NCBI RefSeq assembly: GCF_004010195.1
Contig: NC_057717.1
Location: 32,353,218 to 32,417,217 of the forward strand
From: Chiloscyllium plagiosum
Lineage: Eukaryota
DNA: 64,000 nucleotides
Direction of reading: 5' to 3'
The position numbers and the translations under genes are program-made. The notes beneath the pieces were generated by a model that was not told the DNA's origin, did no database searches, and saw only the letters and a program-made list of their open reading frames with translations. Below are positions 37,251 through 50,600 of the stretch, piece by piece; position 1 is the first letter of the stretch, and each line of letters opens with the position of its first letter.

Positions 37251-38884
37251 CCGTCCCAATCACATTGCATGAATAAATTAACATAAAGAATATTGTCTAG
37301 AACTGTTCAATGCTGGACACGGTTTTGGGTTTTGTGAACTCAGGGTGGTTGGTCTAGGCAGTTCCCTGCTTGTTGTGAACAGCTGAAGGGATATGATGTT
37401 TGAAACAATCTGTCAGTTTCTCAAAGGCATGGCCTACATACCGAGCATCCCAGACACTGGCATTCTCATCCCACATTACTGAGCTCTAAGATAGACAGAA
37501 GCAACTGAAAATGTACTCATATCTGACTGGGGCATGTTTAAACACACAGTGACATTGTTGCCAGGAAAATGATTATGGTTATTAGCAGGGAGAAAGTGAG
37601 GACTGCAGATGCTGGAGATCAGAGTCAAAAAATGTGGTTCTGAAAAAAAACTCAGACGTTCAGGCAGCATCTGAGGAGCAGGAGAATCGACTATTAGTTA
37701 ACAGTATTAATACAAGGGAAAATATTTGTATATTTTTAAAGTCCTTGTACTGAATAATAATTTGGTCTTTGGTGTGGCAATAAGACTCACAATTTGTATG
37801 CTAATTACTGTGAGTTTTCATCATATTGTTGTTATAACAGTGTACTGAATAAATGGGTGATTTTGTGCTTTTTGGACAATCTAAAAGTTGGTATTACGAA
37901 AGGATATCGGACCTTCAGTAAAGAGACATTACGTAATGGCTGTTAACGGTTAGAAAAATGCTGCAAACATTTACACAGAGATTTCCAGCTCAAGTCACGC
38001 TGGGATCATACTGGCCATCAATGGAGCTGCACAATTCTGTTTGGATACTAACATTGTGGGGCTGATATACACTGGATATAGTTTATGACGGATTCAATGT
38101 AAGATACCATATGCTGCGGGAGTCCATCACCTTTATAACACCTTCATTCAGGATCAGGGCCAAGGTTCAGAATTACAGAGTTTAGGTGGCACAAAAGAAG
38201 AGATATATTTGCAAGACATGGCTGTTTACAGGTTGTTTTTATTGAACTGCGTCTGGACCAGCGCCATGTGCTAGTCCATTGACCAGTCTGCCCCACACAC
38301 ATCTCCCTATTGTTCAGGTATGTCTCTAACCAGTCTATTGTGAGGCATTGTGTGAGTAACTGCCCAGCTCCAGTTTGGAAGCTCGCTGGACACATTTTTG
38401 AGATGGTCAGTGTTTTGGAGGTCATAGTGAGGGCTAGTAATACTTGTATCTGAATTCAGGCTTTTCCTCAAAGTCATTTTCAATAGTTTTGCTGCCTGCA
38501 AGATGGTGGGTTCACTGATCTGAAAATAAAGGGGCTGTTTACTCCAGTCACTGAATTGTGTATTAGTTAGGTGTACGCTCTGGTAGTTCAATTATTGTAC
38601 ACTTCAATTGTTTTCAACTGAAAAACAATGATGTTTGGTTTATTTTAAAATATATAACAAATAAAGTGATATTAACTCTTCATTACAGAAAATGTGGAAG
38701 TGACCAGGTATATATTTCCCATGGACTAATCAAGTAACAGTCAGATATTGTCTGTAAAGCAGGCTTCTGTGAACAGGACTATGTCCCAGGCAACATCACC
38801 ACCCTCTCTGTTAGGTTCTATCCCACTGACAGGACACAGACAGGCAGAGGGGGACAACTCCTTGGTATACAGTCAATATAGGTT

Positions 38885-39155
38885 GTCATGGTGGCTCAGT
38901 GGTTAGCACTGCTGCCTCATAGCACCAGGGTCCCAGGTTTGATTCCAGCCTCTGGCAACTGCCTGTGCGGCATTTGCACATTCTCTCTGTGCCTGCGTGG
39001 GTTTCCTCCCACAGTCCAACGATGTGCAGCTCAAGCGATTTGGCCATGTTAAACTGCCCATAGTGTTCAGAGAGGCGTGTATTGCTTTTCTGAGGGTCGG
39101 TGTGGACTGGTTGGACGAAGGGCCTGTTCCCATCCTGTGGGGAATCTAATCTAAT
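38885..39155 (+). mobile_element. HE1-like SINE
   Basis: GGTGGCTCAGTGGTTAGCACTGCTGCCTCA head, V-domain, tail GAAGGGCCTGTT...AATCTAATCTAAT. Confidence 0.88.
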
Positions 39156-39499
39156 GATAGTACTCAGCATTGATGCTGGATCATGTGGCTGCTAGACTGC
39201 TCTGTGGCAGGTTATGGTGGAATCAATAAAAGGGCAACATATAACTGACCACATCATCAATGATCTGCCTGCTGCAGATACCCCTCTCCATTTCATACAT
39301 CAGGAAGAATGGTCACTGCACAATGGGGAGCAAGTTCTACCTTCGCATTTTGCAGACCCTCCACACCATGATATGTAGCTCCATGAGTACTGAATGGAAC
39401 AGACTTTACAAAGATTGAATAACCAATGATGATGCAGCCATGAGGGGCAGAGGGCCATCGGCATCAGCAGAATCATACTCTGTACAGCTCATACAGTCT

Positions 39500-39822
39500 G
39501 CTACTTCACAGCCAGACAGACTCCCCACTCTACAGTAACCATCATGGCCCGACATATCTCCCACTGTACAGTAACCATCACGGCCTGACATACCTCCCAC
39601 TGTACAGTAACCATCACGGCCCGACATACCTCCCACTGCACAGTAACCTCACAGTCAGACATACCTCCCACTGTACAGTAACTATCACGGCCTGTCATAC
39701 TTCCCACTGTACAGTAACCATCACGGCTTGACATACCTCCCACTGTACAGTAACCATCACGGCCCGACATACATCCCACTGGACAGTAACCGTCACGGCC
39801 CGACGTATCTCCCACTCTACAG
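39500..39822. repeat. 36-bp tandem minisatellite (GACATACCTCCCACTGTACAGTAACCATCACGGCCC), about 9 units
   Basis: Direct periodicity at ~39551, 39587, 39623, 39658, 39694, 39730, 39766, 39802. Confidence 0.92.
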
Positions 39823-39835
39823 GCACAATCAAGAG

Positions 39836-40125
39836 AGGCACGGTGGGTCAGTGTTTAGCACCGCTACCTCACAGCGCCAAGGTCCTATGTTCGATTCTGG
39901 ACTTTGGCGACACTCTGTTTGGAGTTTTCGTATTCCCCACCCCCCGCCCCGTGTCTGCGTGAGTTTCCTCCCACAGTCCAAAGATGTGCAGGCCAGGTGA
40001 ATTGGCCATACTGGATTGTCAAGTGTTTTAGTCAGAGGGAAATGGATCTGGGTGGGTTACTCTTCGGAGGGTTGATGTGGACTGGTTAGGCCGAAGGGTC
40101 TGTTTCGACACTGTAAGGAATGCAA
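39836..40125 (+). mobile_element. HE1-like SINE, diverged
   Basis: GGCACGGTGGGTCAGTGTTTAGCAC head, CCTCCCACAGTCCAAAGATGTGCAGG, CR1-like tail. Confidence 0.85.
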
Positions 40126-40860
40126 TCTACTCTCCAAGGTTCAAGTCAGGATTATGATGCAATAATCACTTGGCTGAATGAGTGCAGCTCCAACAGTTCT
40201 CTAGTATGGACTAGCAACAGGCAACACATTTGTGTGGAGAGGATCATGTCTCACAAAATTGATTGATTATATTGAGGAAGTGACAAAATTGATTGATGAG
40301 GGCATGGGACTGGATGTTGACCGTTTTGACCTTAGGAAGGTCTTTGATATGGTTCCTTATGGCAGGCTCATACAGAATGTGATGTGAAACGGGATCAGCG
40401 GTCAGTTAGCAAGATGGATAGAGAACTGCTTGGCCATAGAAGACAGAGTAGTGGTGGAACAGTGATTTTGTGACGAGAGATCTGTAAATTGATTGGCAGA
40501 GTTGCAGGTTGTGATGATGATTGCTAGAGAATACAGCAGGATATAGGTCAGCTGCAGACTTGGATGGAGAAAACACAGATGTAACTTTATTTGGACAATT
40601 GTGACGTGATGCATTTTGGAAGGACTAATGCAGGAGAGAAGTATAAAGTGGATGGAAAAACTACTGATCTCATCAACATCTGAAGGTATCTTGGTGTACA
40701 GTTCCACAGTTCCCTGAAAGTGGCAACACGGTGGATAGGGTGATCAAGAAGACTGACGGAAAACTTGCAGACATGCATCGGAGCATGCAACATGAATAAT
40801 AACGGGTAATATTGCAGCTGTAGAGAAACCTAGTTCGAGGTGCATTTAGAATACTGTGTA

Positions 40861-42598
40861 GGTAAAAACAATGACTGCAGATGCTGGAAACCAGATTCTG
40901 TATCAATGGTGCTGGAAGAGCACAGCAGCTCAGGCAGCAACCGAGGAGCTTCAGCAAAATCGACGTTTCGGGCAAAATCCCTTCATCAGGAATAAAGGCA
41001 GAGAGCCTGAAGCGTGGAGAGATAAGCTAGGGGAGGATGGGGGTGGGGAGAGAGTAGCATAGAGAACAATGGGTGAGTGGGGCAGGAGATGAAGGTGATA
41101 GGCCAGGGGGTGGCAGCTGTATTAGCCGCATGGCTAATGGCGGAATAGGTTCCGAGGCCAGGGGAATCTTCTGGAATGTTTGAGGAGCGCTGGTTATGGA
41201 GGTGGGTGGATAAAAGTTTGTTGTACTTTCAGTTTTTGATGTTTGAGATGGAATTGAAATACTGTTTGTTGAGAGTATGGATTCTCCTGAGGATGTATTC
41301 CAGAGTGGGTCCTTTGCAATTCTGAGAGAGTGTGGCCCTCAGCTGAGGCAGGGCAGACTGTATGCCTGTCTCTTGTTCGCTACGTAGAACAGTTGATCTT
41401 CCGTAATTACACTGGCACCACTCCCGACTTCTTCCTCCGCTACATTGATGACTGCATTGGCGCCACCTTGTGCTCCCGCGAGGAGGTTGAGCAATTAATA
41501 AACTTCACCAACACATTCCACCCTGACCTTAAATTTACCTGGACCATCTCTGACACCTCCCTCCCCTTCCTGGACCTCTCCATCTCCATTAGTGACGACC
41601 GACTTGACACTGACATTTTTTACAAACCCATCGACTCCCACAGCTACCTGGATTACACCTCTTCCCACCCTATCTCTTGCAAAAATGCCATCCAGTATTC
41701 TCATTTCCTCCGCCTCCGCCGTATCTGCTCCCAGGAGGACCAGTTCCACCATAGAACACACCAGATGGTCTCCTTCTTTAGAGATCGCTATTTCCCTTCC
41801 CACGTGGTTAAAGATGCCCTCAAACGCATCTCGTCCACATCCCGCACCTCAGCCCTCAGACCCCACCACTCCAACCGTAACAAGGACAGAACGCCCCTGG
41901 TGCTCACCTTCCACCCTACAAACCTCCGCATAAACCAAATCATCCGCTGACATTTCCACCACCTCCAAAAAGACCTCACTACCAGGGATGTATTTCCCTC
42001 CCAACCCCTTTCCGCCTTCCACAAAGACCGTTCCCTCCGTGACGAGCTGGTCTGGTCCACGCCCCCCTACGACCCACCCTCCCATCCTGGCACTTTCCCC
42101 TGCCACCGCAGGAACTGCCAACATTTCAACTCCCCCTCCCACTCTGCCGAGGACATGGAGGTCCTGGGCCTCCTTCACCGCCGCTCCCTCACCGCCAGAC
42201 GCCTGGAGGAAGAACGCCTCATCTTCTGCCTCGGAACACTTCAACCCCAGGGCATCAATGTGGACTTCAACAACTTCGTCATTTCCACTTCCCCACCTCA
42301 TCCTAGTTTCAAACTTCCAGTCCCCTTGACTTGTCTGGATTTGTCCGACCTGCATAGCTCCTTTTCCACCTATCCACTCCACCCTCTCCTCCCTGACCTA
42401 TCACCTTCATCTCCTCCCCCACTCACACATTGTACTCTATGCTACTCTCTCCCCACACCCATCCTCCCCTAGCTTATCTCTCCACGCTTCAGGCTCTCTG
42501 CCTTTATTCCTGATGAAGGGATTTTGCCCGAAATGTCGATTTTGCTGAAGCTTCTCGGATGCTGCCTGAACTGCTGTGCTTTTCCAGCACCATTGATC
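40861..42598 (+). mobile_element. Penelope-like retroelement (internally deleted) with inverted terminal repeats and 14-bp TSD
   Basis: RT motif FFLRYIDDCIG...LKFT...LPFLD; C-terminal RRLEEERLIFCLGTLQPQGINVDF; ~40895-41105 is the inverted copy of ~42395-42604; TAGAATACTGTGTA at 40847-40860 and 42599-42612. Confidence 0.9.
40959..40993 (-). ncRNA. Minimal hammerhead-ribozyme core in the Penelope terminal repeat
   Basis: Reverse complement ATTC-CTGATGA-A-GGG ATTTTG CCC-GAAAC-GTC-GAT: CUGAUGA box, stem II, GAAA box, palindromic ACGT stem III and GUC triplet. Activity is inferred only. Confidence 0.6.
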
Positions 42599-43344
42599 TA
42601 GAATACTGTGTACACTACTGGTTGCCACACGATGTTGAAATGTTGGAGAGGGTATGGAAAAGCTTTACCAGCATGTTGTCTGGTTTGGAGGGTATTAGCC
42701 AGAAGGAGAAATTGAACACACATGGTTTGTTTGCACCTGGGCATCATTGGCTATGGGGCTACCTGATAGATATTTATAAAGTTATCAGAGGCATAGATAG
42801 AAGGACAATTAGAGGCTTTTCCCCCAGAGCAGAAGTATCAATTACTCAGGACCGTAGATTTTATGTAAAAAGGAGAAAGTTCAGGAGATGTGATAGGTAA
42901 GTGTTTTTTTTTTTGCTGTTCCAGACAGAATGTGAAAGTGCCTGGAATGCACTGTTAAAGGGGAAGAAGCCAATATAGAAAGGTTTCAGAGGGATCTTGG
43001 CACGAGTATGAGTTAGTAAGGAATAGAATGACATAGAAGGTATTGGAGCAAATACTTTTGTTTTAACTTTGGAATGACATCATGTGTTAGTGCGGGCTTG
43101 CTGGGCTGAAGGGCCTGTTCTTGTACTGGACTGTTGTTTAATTTTATCATTATGGATCTGGGTCTGCAACATGACCAACAAATGAATACAAATGATAAAA
43201 TGAATGATCGTTCTAAACACACGCAAAACTCCAAAATCAAAACAAAGCCAATTACACGGCATGAGGGGAGAACTGACAAAGATTGGATAAACAGACTAAA
43301 ATGTTTGACGGTAAATGAAGATTGAGAAACTTGTCAAGGAGTCC

Positions 43345-44615
43345 TGAAGGACAGGACGTAAATGTATGTGGAAAGGCAAGGACTGATTAGGAATAGTCAC
43401 ACGGCTTTGTGCGTGGGAAACCATGTCTCACAAACTTGATAGAGTTTTTTTTTTTAAGAAGTAACAAAGAGGATTGATGAGGGCACAGCAGTGGACGTCT
43501 TCGATATGAACTTCAGTAAGTTGTTCGACCAGATTCGACTGTTTACCCAGTTTAGATCTCACCGAATACAGTGAGAACTAGCTACTTGGATACAGAACTG
43601 GTTCAAAGGTAGAAGACATAGGTGGTTGTGGAAGGATGTTTTTCAGATTGGAAACCTGTGACTAGTGGAGTGCCACAAGGATCGGTGCTGGGCCTACTAC
43701 GTTTCGTCATTTATATGAATGATTCGGATGTCAGCATAAGAGGTACAGTTAGTAAGTTTGCAGATGACACCAAAATCGGAGGTGTAGTGGACAGCGAAGA
43801 AGGGTACCTCAGATTACAACGGGAACTTGATCAGATGGGCCTATAGCCTGAAAACTGGCATATGGAGTATAACTCAGATAAATGGGAGGTTCTGCATTTT
43901 TGGGAAAGCAAATCTTACCACAACTTATACACTTATTGGTAAGGTCCTCCAGTGTAATGCTGAACAAACAGACCTTGGACTGTACGTTCATAGCTCCTTG
44001 AAACTGGAGTCACGGATATATAGCATAATGAAGAAAATGCTTGGTATGCTTTCCATTATTGGTTAGAGCATTGAGTATAGGAGTTGGGGCTGATGTTGCG
44101 GATGTACAGGATATTGGTTGGGCCAATTTTAGAATATTGCGTGCAATTCTGGTCTCCTTCCTATCGGAAAGATGTCGTGAAACTTGAAAGGTCTCAAAAA
44201 AGCCTTACAATGATGTTGCCAGGGTCGGAGGATTTGAGCTATATGGAGAGGTTGAATATGTAAGGGTTGTTATCCCTGGAGTGTGAGGAGCTGAGGGGTG
44301 ACCTTGTTAAGGTTCATAAAATCTTAAAGGGCGTGGATAGGATGAATAGACAAAATCTCTTCCCTAGAGTGGGAGAGTCGAGAACTGAAGGACATCGGTT
44401 TAGCGTGAGAGAGGACAGATATAAAAGAGACCTGAGGGTCAACTTTTTCAGACAGAGGGTGGTACGTGTATGGAATGAGCTGCTAGAGGAAGTGGTGGAG
44501 GCTAGTATGATTGTAACATTTAAAAGCCATCTGTATGGGTATATGAATAGGAATGGTTTGAGGATATAGAGCAAAAAGTCTGTTTCCATGCTATACATCT
44601 CTGACTGTATGAGTC
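43345..44615 (+). mobile_element. CR1 RT to 3' end fragment
   Basis: SGVPQGSVLG..FVIYMND...KFADDTK; LRGDLVKVHKI; WNELLEEVVEA. Confidence 0.9.
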
Positions 44616-45079
44616 TATAAATCATTCTAAATGATCAATGAAACAACAATCCATTGAAAACCAAGTTAGAAACCCCAGCCACCGGCTGAAGGTGCCCCAT
44701 GCATTTCCCTGCAGTCCGTTCCCCTGAGACTATCAGACGTATCAGAGTCTTTGTTGCAGGTGCAGTGTTTTTGGTACGAGCACGCTTGCCATGTGGTATA
44801 AGGGTTAGAATGACATGGAACAGTGATATATAGCAGGTGCAAATGTCCCTGACTGAGGACAATGACACAGTACAGCCAGTAGCCTGGTTGTGTGTCTGTG
44901 CCATTCTGCCATCACAAGGTGCTGACAGGGCAAGGAAATGAATGCTCATGTAGCAAGGGAGCAGCCCTGATAGGCAGCCTGATCTGGGATGTGAACTGGG
45001 TAACTTTCCTTGGCAGTAACTACATGCCATGCAGCCATACATTCCTAGTTGTTGGTCTACACTTCTCGGCCAAAGAGTG

Positions 45080-45740
45080 AGGAGACAGAACTGAGTATGG
45101 TGGTCATCACGAAGGAGAATATGCTAGAAAAACGGAATGGCCCGAGGTTGGATAAACCCTTGTTCCAGCTGGATTACACCCCAGGGTTCTATGGGAGATA
45201 CCTGAAGTGACAGTCTTGGCGTTGTTGGCAATCTTTCAGGAATTTGTAGAATCAGGGAAGTTCTGAGAGGACTGGAAAAGCACCAAAACTATATCCCCGT
45301 TTAAAATGGGAGTAAGGCAAAAGACAGAAAATTACAGGACAATTACCCTAATCTCAGTTGTGGGTAAAATCCTGGCATCTGTTGTGAAGAATGAAATTTC
45401 TGAATATTTGGAATTGCATGGTAAAACATGGCAAAGTCAACATAGTTTCATTCAGGGAAGTTCATGCCTGACCAATCTGCTCGATTTATTTGAAGAAGAA
45501 ACGAACAGGTACGACTGAGGAGAGCGAATGGATGTTATCTGCCTTGGCTTTAAGAAGGTCTTTCACGAGATGTCACAAAAGAAGCTGCTGAGTAAGGGTC
45601 CATGGTGTCAGAGGTATGGAGAAACTTTTGGCTGTTTGGCAGAAAACAGAGAGTGGGGATAAAAGAGTTTTTCTCGGTCTGGCAGCCGGTGACATGTGGT
45701 GTTCTGCAAGGCTCAGTGTTGAGAGCACAACTTCTCACTT
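45080..45740 (+). mobile_element. Degenerate CR1 RT fragment
   Basis: ENYRTITLISVVGKIL, SQHSFIQGSSCLTNLL. Confidence 0.8.
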
Positions 45741-45749
45741 TTTATTGAA

Positions 45750-45908
45750 TCTCTACATTGTGGAAACCTGCCCTTCTGCCTAACTAGTCCACATCGATCC
45801 TCCAAAGAGCAACCCATCCAGACCCATTCCCCTTCCCTATCACTCTTCATTTTACCCCGACGAATGCACCTAACCTCCACATCCCTGATTTCTGTGGGCA
45901 ATTTATCA
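45750..45908 (-). mobile_element. HE1-like SINE 3' part
   Basis: Resembles 15300-15440 (AGTCCACA..GATCCTCC.AAGAGC..CCC..CCAGACCCATTCCCC). Confidence 0.7.
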
Positions 45909-46094
45909 GCCCCGTCCCTCCAACATGTCCATCATCCAACATTCTGTTCAATCCATCAACTCCACCTTCCCTGCCATCTACCTCCATCAGTCGCCACCTG
46001 CTTGCAACAATTCATGCGTTCTACTATATAAGCACATTCCACGATAAGCCCTCGCCCACAATCCATTTGTCCCACTATTCACGCCTCTGTAGAG

Positions 46095-47600
46095 TTTTCA
46101 GAGATCCCGGCAGTTCATACTGATCCCCAGTAGAGGGAGCTGGACCATTCCATCTGCTCACAACGAGATTCACATTTTAGAGAGAGCGAGCACCTGTCTG
46201 TTCACACTGAGATTCCCAATACATGGAGCTGGATAATCCCATTGTTCACAACAAGTTTCCCAATTTAGGGAGATAGACCAAACTGGCTGCTCACAACGAG
46301 ATTCCTGGTTGAGGGAACGGGACCATGCCGGCCATTCACACTGAGATTCCCAGTTTAGGGAGCTGGACTATAATTTCCGGTTTAGGGAGGTAGACCACCA
46401 TGGCTGTTCACATTGAGATTTCCAGTTTAGAGAGCCAAACCATCCCTCTGTTCACACTGAGAAGCCCACTTTAGACAGCTGGACAATTCCAGCTGTTCAC
46501 ACTGAGAATCCCAGTTTAGGGAGCTTGATCGTCCCCCTTTTTAACACTGAGCATCTCAGTTTAGAGAGCTGGTCCATCTTGGCTGTTCACGATGAGCATC
46601 CCAGTTTAGAGAGGTGGAAAATTCCAGCTGTTCACACTGAGAATCCCAATTTAGTGAGCACAGTCATCCCAGCTGTTAACGCCGAGATTTCCAGTTTAGA
46701 GAGCTGGACCATCCCGGCTGTTCACACTCAGAAGCCTAGTTTAGAGAGCTGGACCATCCCGGCTGTTCACAGTGAGATTTCAAGTTGAGGGAACTGGACC
46801 ATCCTAGTTGCTCAGAAGGAAATTCTCAGTTTAGAGAGCGGGACCATCTCGGGTGTTCACACTGAAATTCCTAGTTTATGCAGCTGGATCATCCAGCTGT
46901 TCGCAACGAGATTCCAAGTTTAGAGAGTAGGTCATCGCAGCTGTTCACACTGAGATTCTCAGTTTAGGGAACTGGACAATCCCAGTGCAAACAATGAGAT
47001 TCCTAATTTCGAAACACGGACTATCATAGCTGATCGCACTGAGATTCCCAGTTAAGGGAGCCTGACCATCCCACCTGTTCACACCGAGATTTCAAGTTTA
47101 AGGAGCTAGATCATTCCACTGTCCACACTAAGTTTCCAATTTAAAAGAGCTGGAACATCATGGTTGTTCACACTGATATTCCCAATTTAGAGAGATGGAC
47201 CTTCCCACCTTTTCACACTGAGAATCCCAGTTGAGAGAGTAGAACCATTCCAACTGTTCACACGGGGATTGACAGTTTAGAGAGTAGAACCATTCCGATT
47301 GATCACACCGAGATTCCCAGTTTAGAGAGTAAAACCATTCCGACTGTTCACACCGAGATTTCCAGTTTAGAGAGTTGGATCATCCCAGCTGTTTACACTC
47401 AGATTCCCAGTTTAGGGAACTGTATCATCCCGTTGTTCACACCGATATTCCAAGTTTAGAGAACTACGCAATTGCGGCTGATCAAACTGAAATTCGCAGT
47501 TTAGGGAACTTTATCATCCCACTTATTCTCGTCGATATTCCCAGTTTAGAGACCTGTATCTTCCCTGCTGTTCTCTCAGACATTCCCATTTTTAAAATCT
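46095..47600. repeat. 45-bp tandem satellite (CCATCCCAGCTGTTCACACTGAGATTCCCAGTTTAGAGAGCTGGA), about 33 units
   Basis: Direct periodicity; translates to repeated IPAVHTEIPSLESWT. Confidence 0.93.
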
Positions 47601-47679
47601 GCACACCCCAACAGTGGTTGAGACCCATATGCAAGTGGGAACAGCTTCAGTTCATCTAGTCTTTTCCAGACACAAGCTC

Positions 47680-50600
47680 TACTGACTATGAAAATACTGA
47701 CATGCTCCCCAGGACTTTCATGTTAATATGCACATACTCCCTAATGCACCCCAGCACGTTCTGACACAACCACTAGGACGCTGCTATAAATAGCGACACA
47801 CTCCCTGGGACCCTCTGTAAATCGCAAACCCCTCTCCAGGACGCCCCTGCACAAAGCAAATAAAACGCGATGGATCCACCTGTAAATCCTGACACACTGC
47901 CCCGGACGCACGTGTAAATAGTGACAGAAGCGCTGGGACACCCCTGTAAATGCAGACACACTCCCCGGGTCCCGCCTGTAAATACCGACACACGTCACAA
48001 GACCCCATTGCAAATAATGACACATTCACTAACACTGTCCTGTCAATACCGATACACACCCCAGGACACCCTTGTAAATAACAAACCACTCGTTGGAACA
48101 ACCCAGTAAATACTGACACACTCCACGGGATCCCCGATAAATACTGATACAATCCCCGGTAAACTCCGTGTATATACCAACACACTCCCCGGTAAACTGC
48201 CTGTTTATAACAGCACACTTTCTAGAACTGCTCCACAAATACTGACACATTCCACAGGAACCCCCTGCAAATACTTGCACACTCCACGGGACTAACCTGT
48301 GAATACTGACACAATCCCAGTGACCCCTCCTGTAAATGATGACAGACTCTCCGCGACAAATCTGTAAATACCAACACACTCCCTGGTAAACATCTGATGA
48401 GTACCGACACGCTTCCCAGGACCACCCAGTAAATATCGACACATTCTGTACGTATTCCCTATCGATACTGACACACTCCTATAGACGCTGCTGCAATACT
48501 GACACACTCCCCGTACTCCCACCCTTGCAAATACAGACACTCACCAGGGCCCCCCTGTAAATACTGACACACTACCTGGGACTCCCGTGTAAATACTGAC
48601 AAAATCCCCAGGACATTCCCCCTTACCTATATTTCCTGAAAAACTTCCCAACAACACTCTGTCAATACTGACACACAACCCAGGACCCCACTTTAATACG
48701 AACACACTCTGCAGGACCCCCCTGTAAATACAGAGAGACACCACGGGATATTCGTTTAAAAATTGACACAGACCCTGGGAATCCCCTGTAAACAATGACA
48801 CCCTCCCCGTGGCACCTTTGTAAGTACCGCCGCAGAACCCTATGAACCCCATATAAATACTGACACATCTCCTTAAAGCCGCTGTAAATACTGTCAAATT
48901 CCCCAGGACTCCATGAAAATGCTGACACATTTCCTGGTACACCCTTGCAAATACTGATAAACACCCGCGACACACTTGTAAATAACAAACCACCCCCGGG
49001 AACATCTTGTAAATACTGACACCCACCCGGCGCACCCTTGTAAATGAGGGAGGGTGTCATTATTTACAAGTTGTAAAGAACACTTACACACTCGACAGGA
49101 CAGCCCTGTAAATGCTGACACACATGTTGTAAATACTGACATGCTCTCCCGGACGACCTTGCAAATACGGACACACTCCTTGGGACCACCCTGCAAATAC
49201 CAACTCACTGTTTGGGAGCCCCTGTAAATACTGACACTCCTAGGATCATCGTGTAAATATCAAAACATCCTTGGGACCTTCAGTGTGAATACGGTGATAC
49301 TCACTGTGATGACCCTGTAAATACTGACACACAAACCGTAACCACCAAGAAAATACCGACAAGCTCCCCAGAATCCGTGCAAATACCTAAACACTCTGTG
49401 GGACACTCTGTAAAAGCCAACCCACCTCACGGGACTCCCCCTGTAAGTACCAACGCAATCCCCGGGAATCTTGTAAACACCAACACACTCCATGGAATCC
49501 AAGCAAACACCGAGACACTCCCCTAAATACCCTGTAATTACCGACACAGGCCCCGGAACACCCTCTGTAAGTACCAACACACTCCCCGGAATCTGTACAA
49601 ATACTGACACACACCTGTGTCACCCCATAAGTACCAACACGTTCGACAGAACACTTCCTGTAAATACCGACACACTCCCCAATAAGCACCTTATTATTTC
49701 CAACACACTTAACAGGGACTCCTTGTAAATACCGACACAATCCCCGCGAAATCCCTGTCGATACTGACACACTCTCCTCGCCCATGTTGTAAATAAATAC
49801 CGACACACTTCCTGGACAACTGCCCTGCAAACGCATATACTCAACGGGACTGCTTTGCAGTATCTGCACACTCCCTGGGACACCCCGTAAATACTGACAC
49901 AATCCACGGGAATTCCACCTCCCCCCGTATTTACTGACATTACTGACAAATTCCTCAGCAGCACCCTCTAAATTCTGACACAATCAGGGACACCCGTAAA
50001 TACAGACACACTCTCCCGTTGACGCCTGCAAAGACAGACAAACGCCCTGGGACACACTTCTAAATAATGATACTGGGGATCCTCTATAAAGAATGACAAG
50101 CTCCCCGGGGCACCCTTGTAAATAATGACACCATACCTGGGGCACCCTTGTAAATAATTATATCCACCTCGGCGCACCATTGCAAATAATGGCACCTTCC
50201 CCAAGAGCATCTTGCAAATACCAACACAATCCCGGGGCATCTTACAAATAACGACACCATCCCCAATGCACGTTGTAAATATCAGCACACTCCCTGGGAA
50301 CACTGTGTGAATACTGACACATAATCTGGTTCCCCCCTATACATAACGACACCCTTTCTGGCATCCTCCCTGTGAATACTGACACACTCCATGGGACACC
50401 TTGAGAATAGGGGCACTCTTTAAAATATCGATACACACTCCAGGAACACTCCAGTAAAGACTGAAATACTCCAAGGGAACCCTCGTAAATACTGACACAG
50501 TCCCCAGTACTCCCTGTACATACCGAAACACACCTGGGTCACCGTTGTAAATACCAAACCACTCCCCAGGACCAACCCTGTAAATAATGACACCCTGCCT

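Larger units (their letters stand above)
40230..43140 (+). mobile_element. Degenerate CR1 RT/3' region interrupted by a Penelope-like element
   Basis: CR1 DNA at 40230-40860 resumes at 42599 (LEYCVHYWLPH) and ends with a CR1 3' UTR near 43135. Confidence 0.8.
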
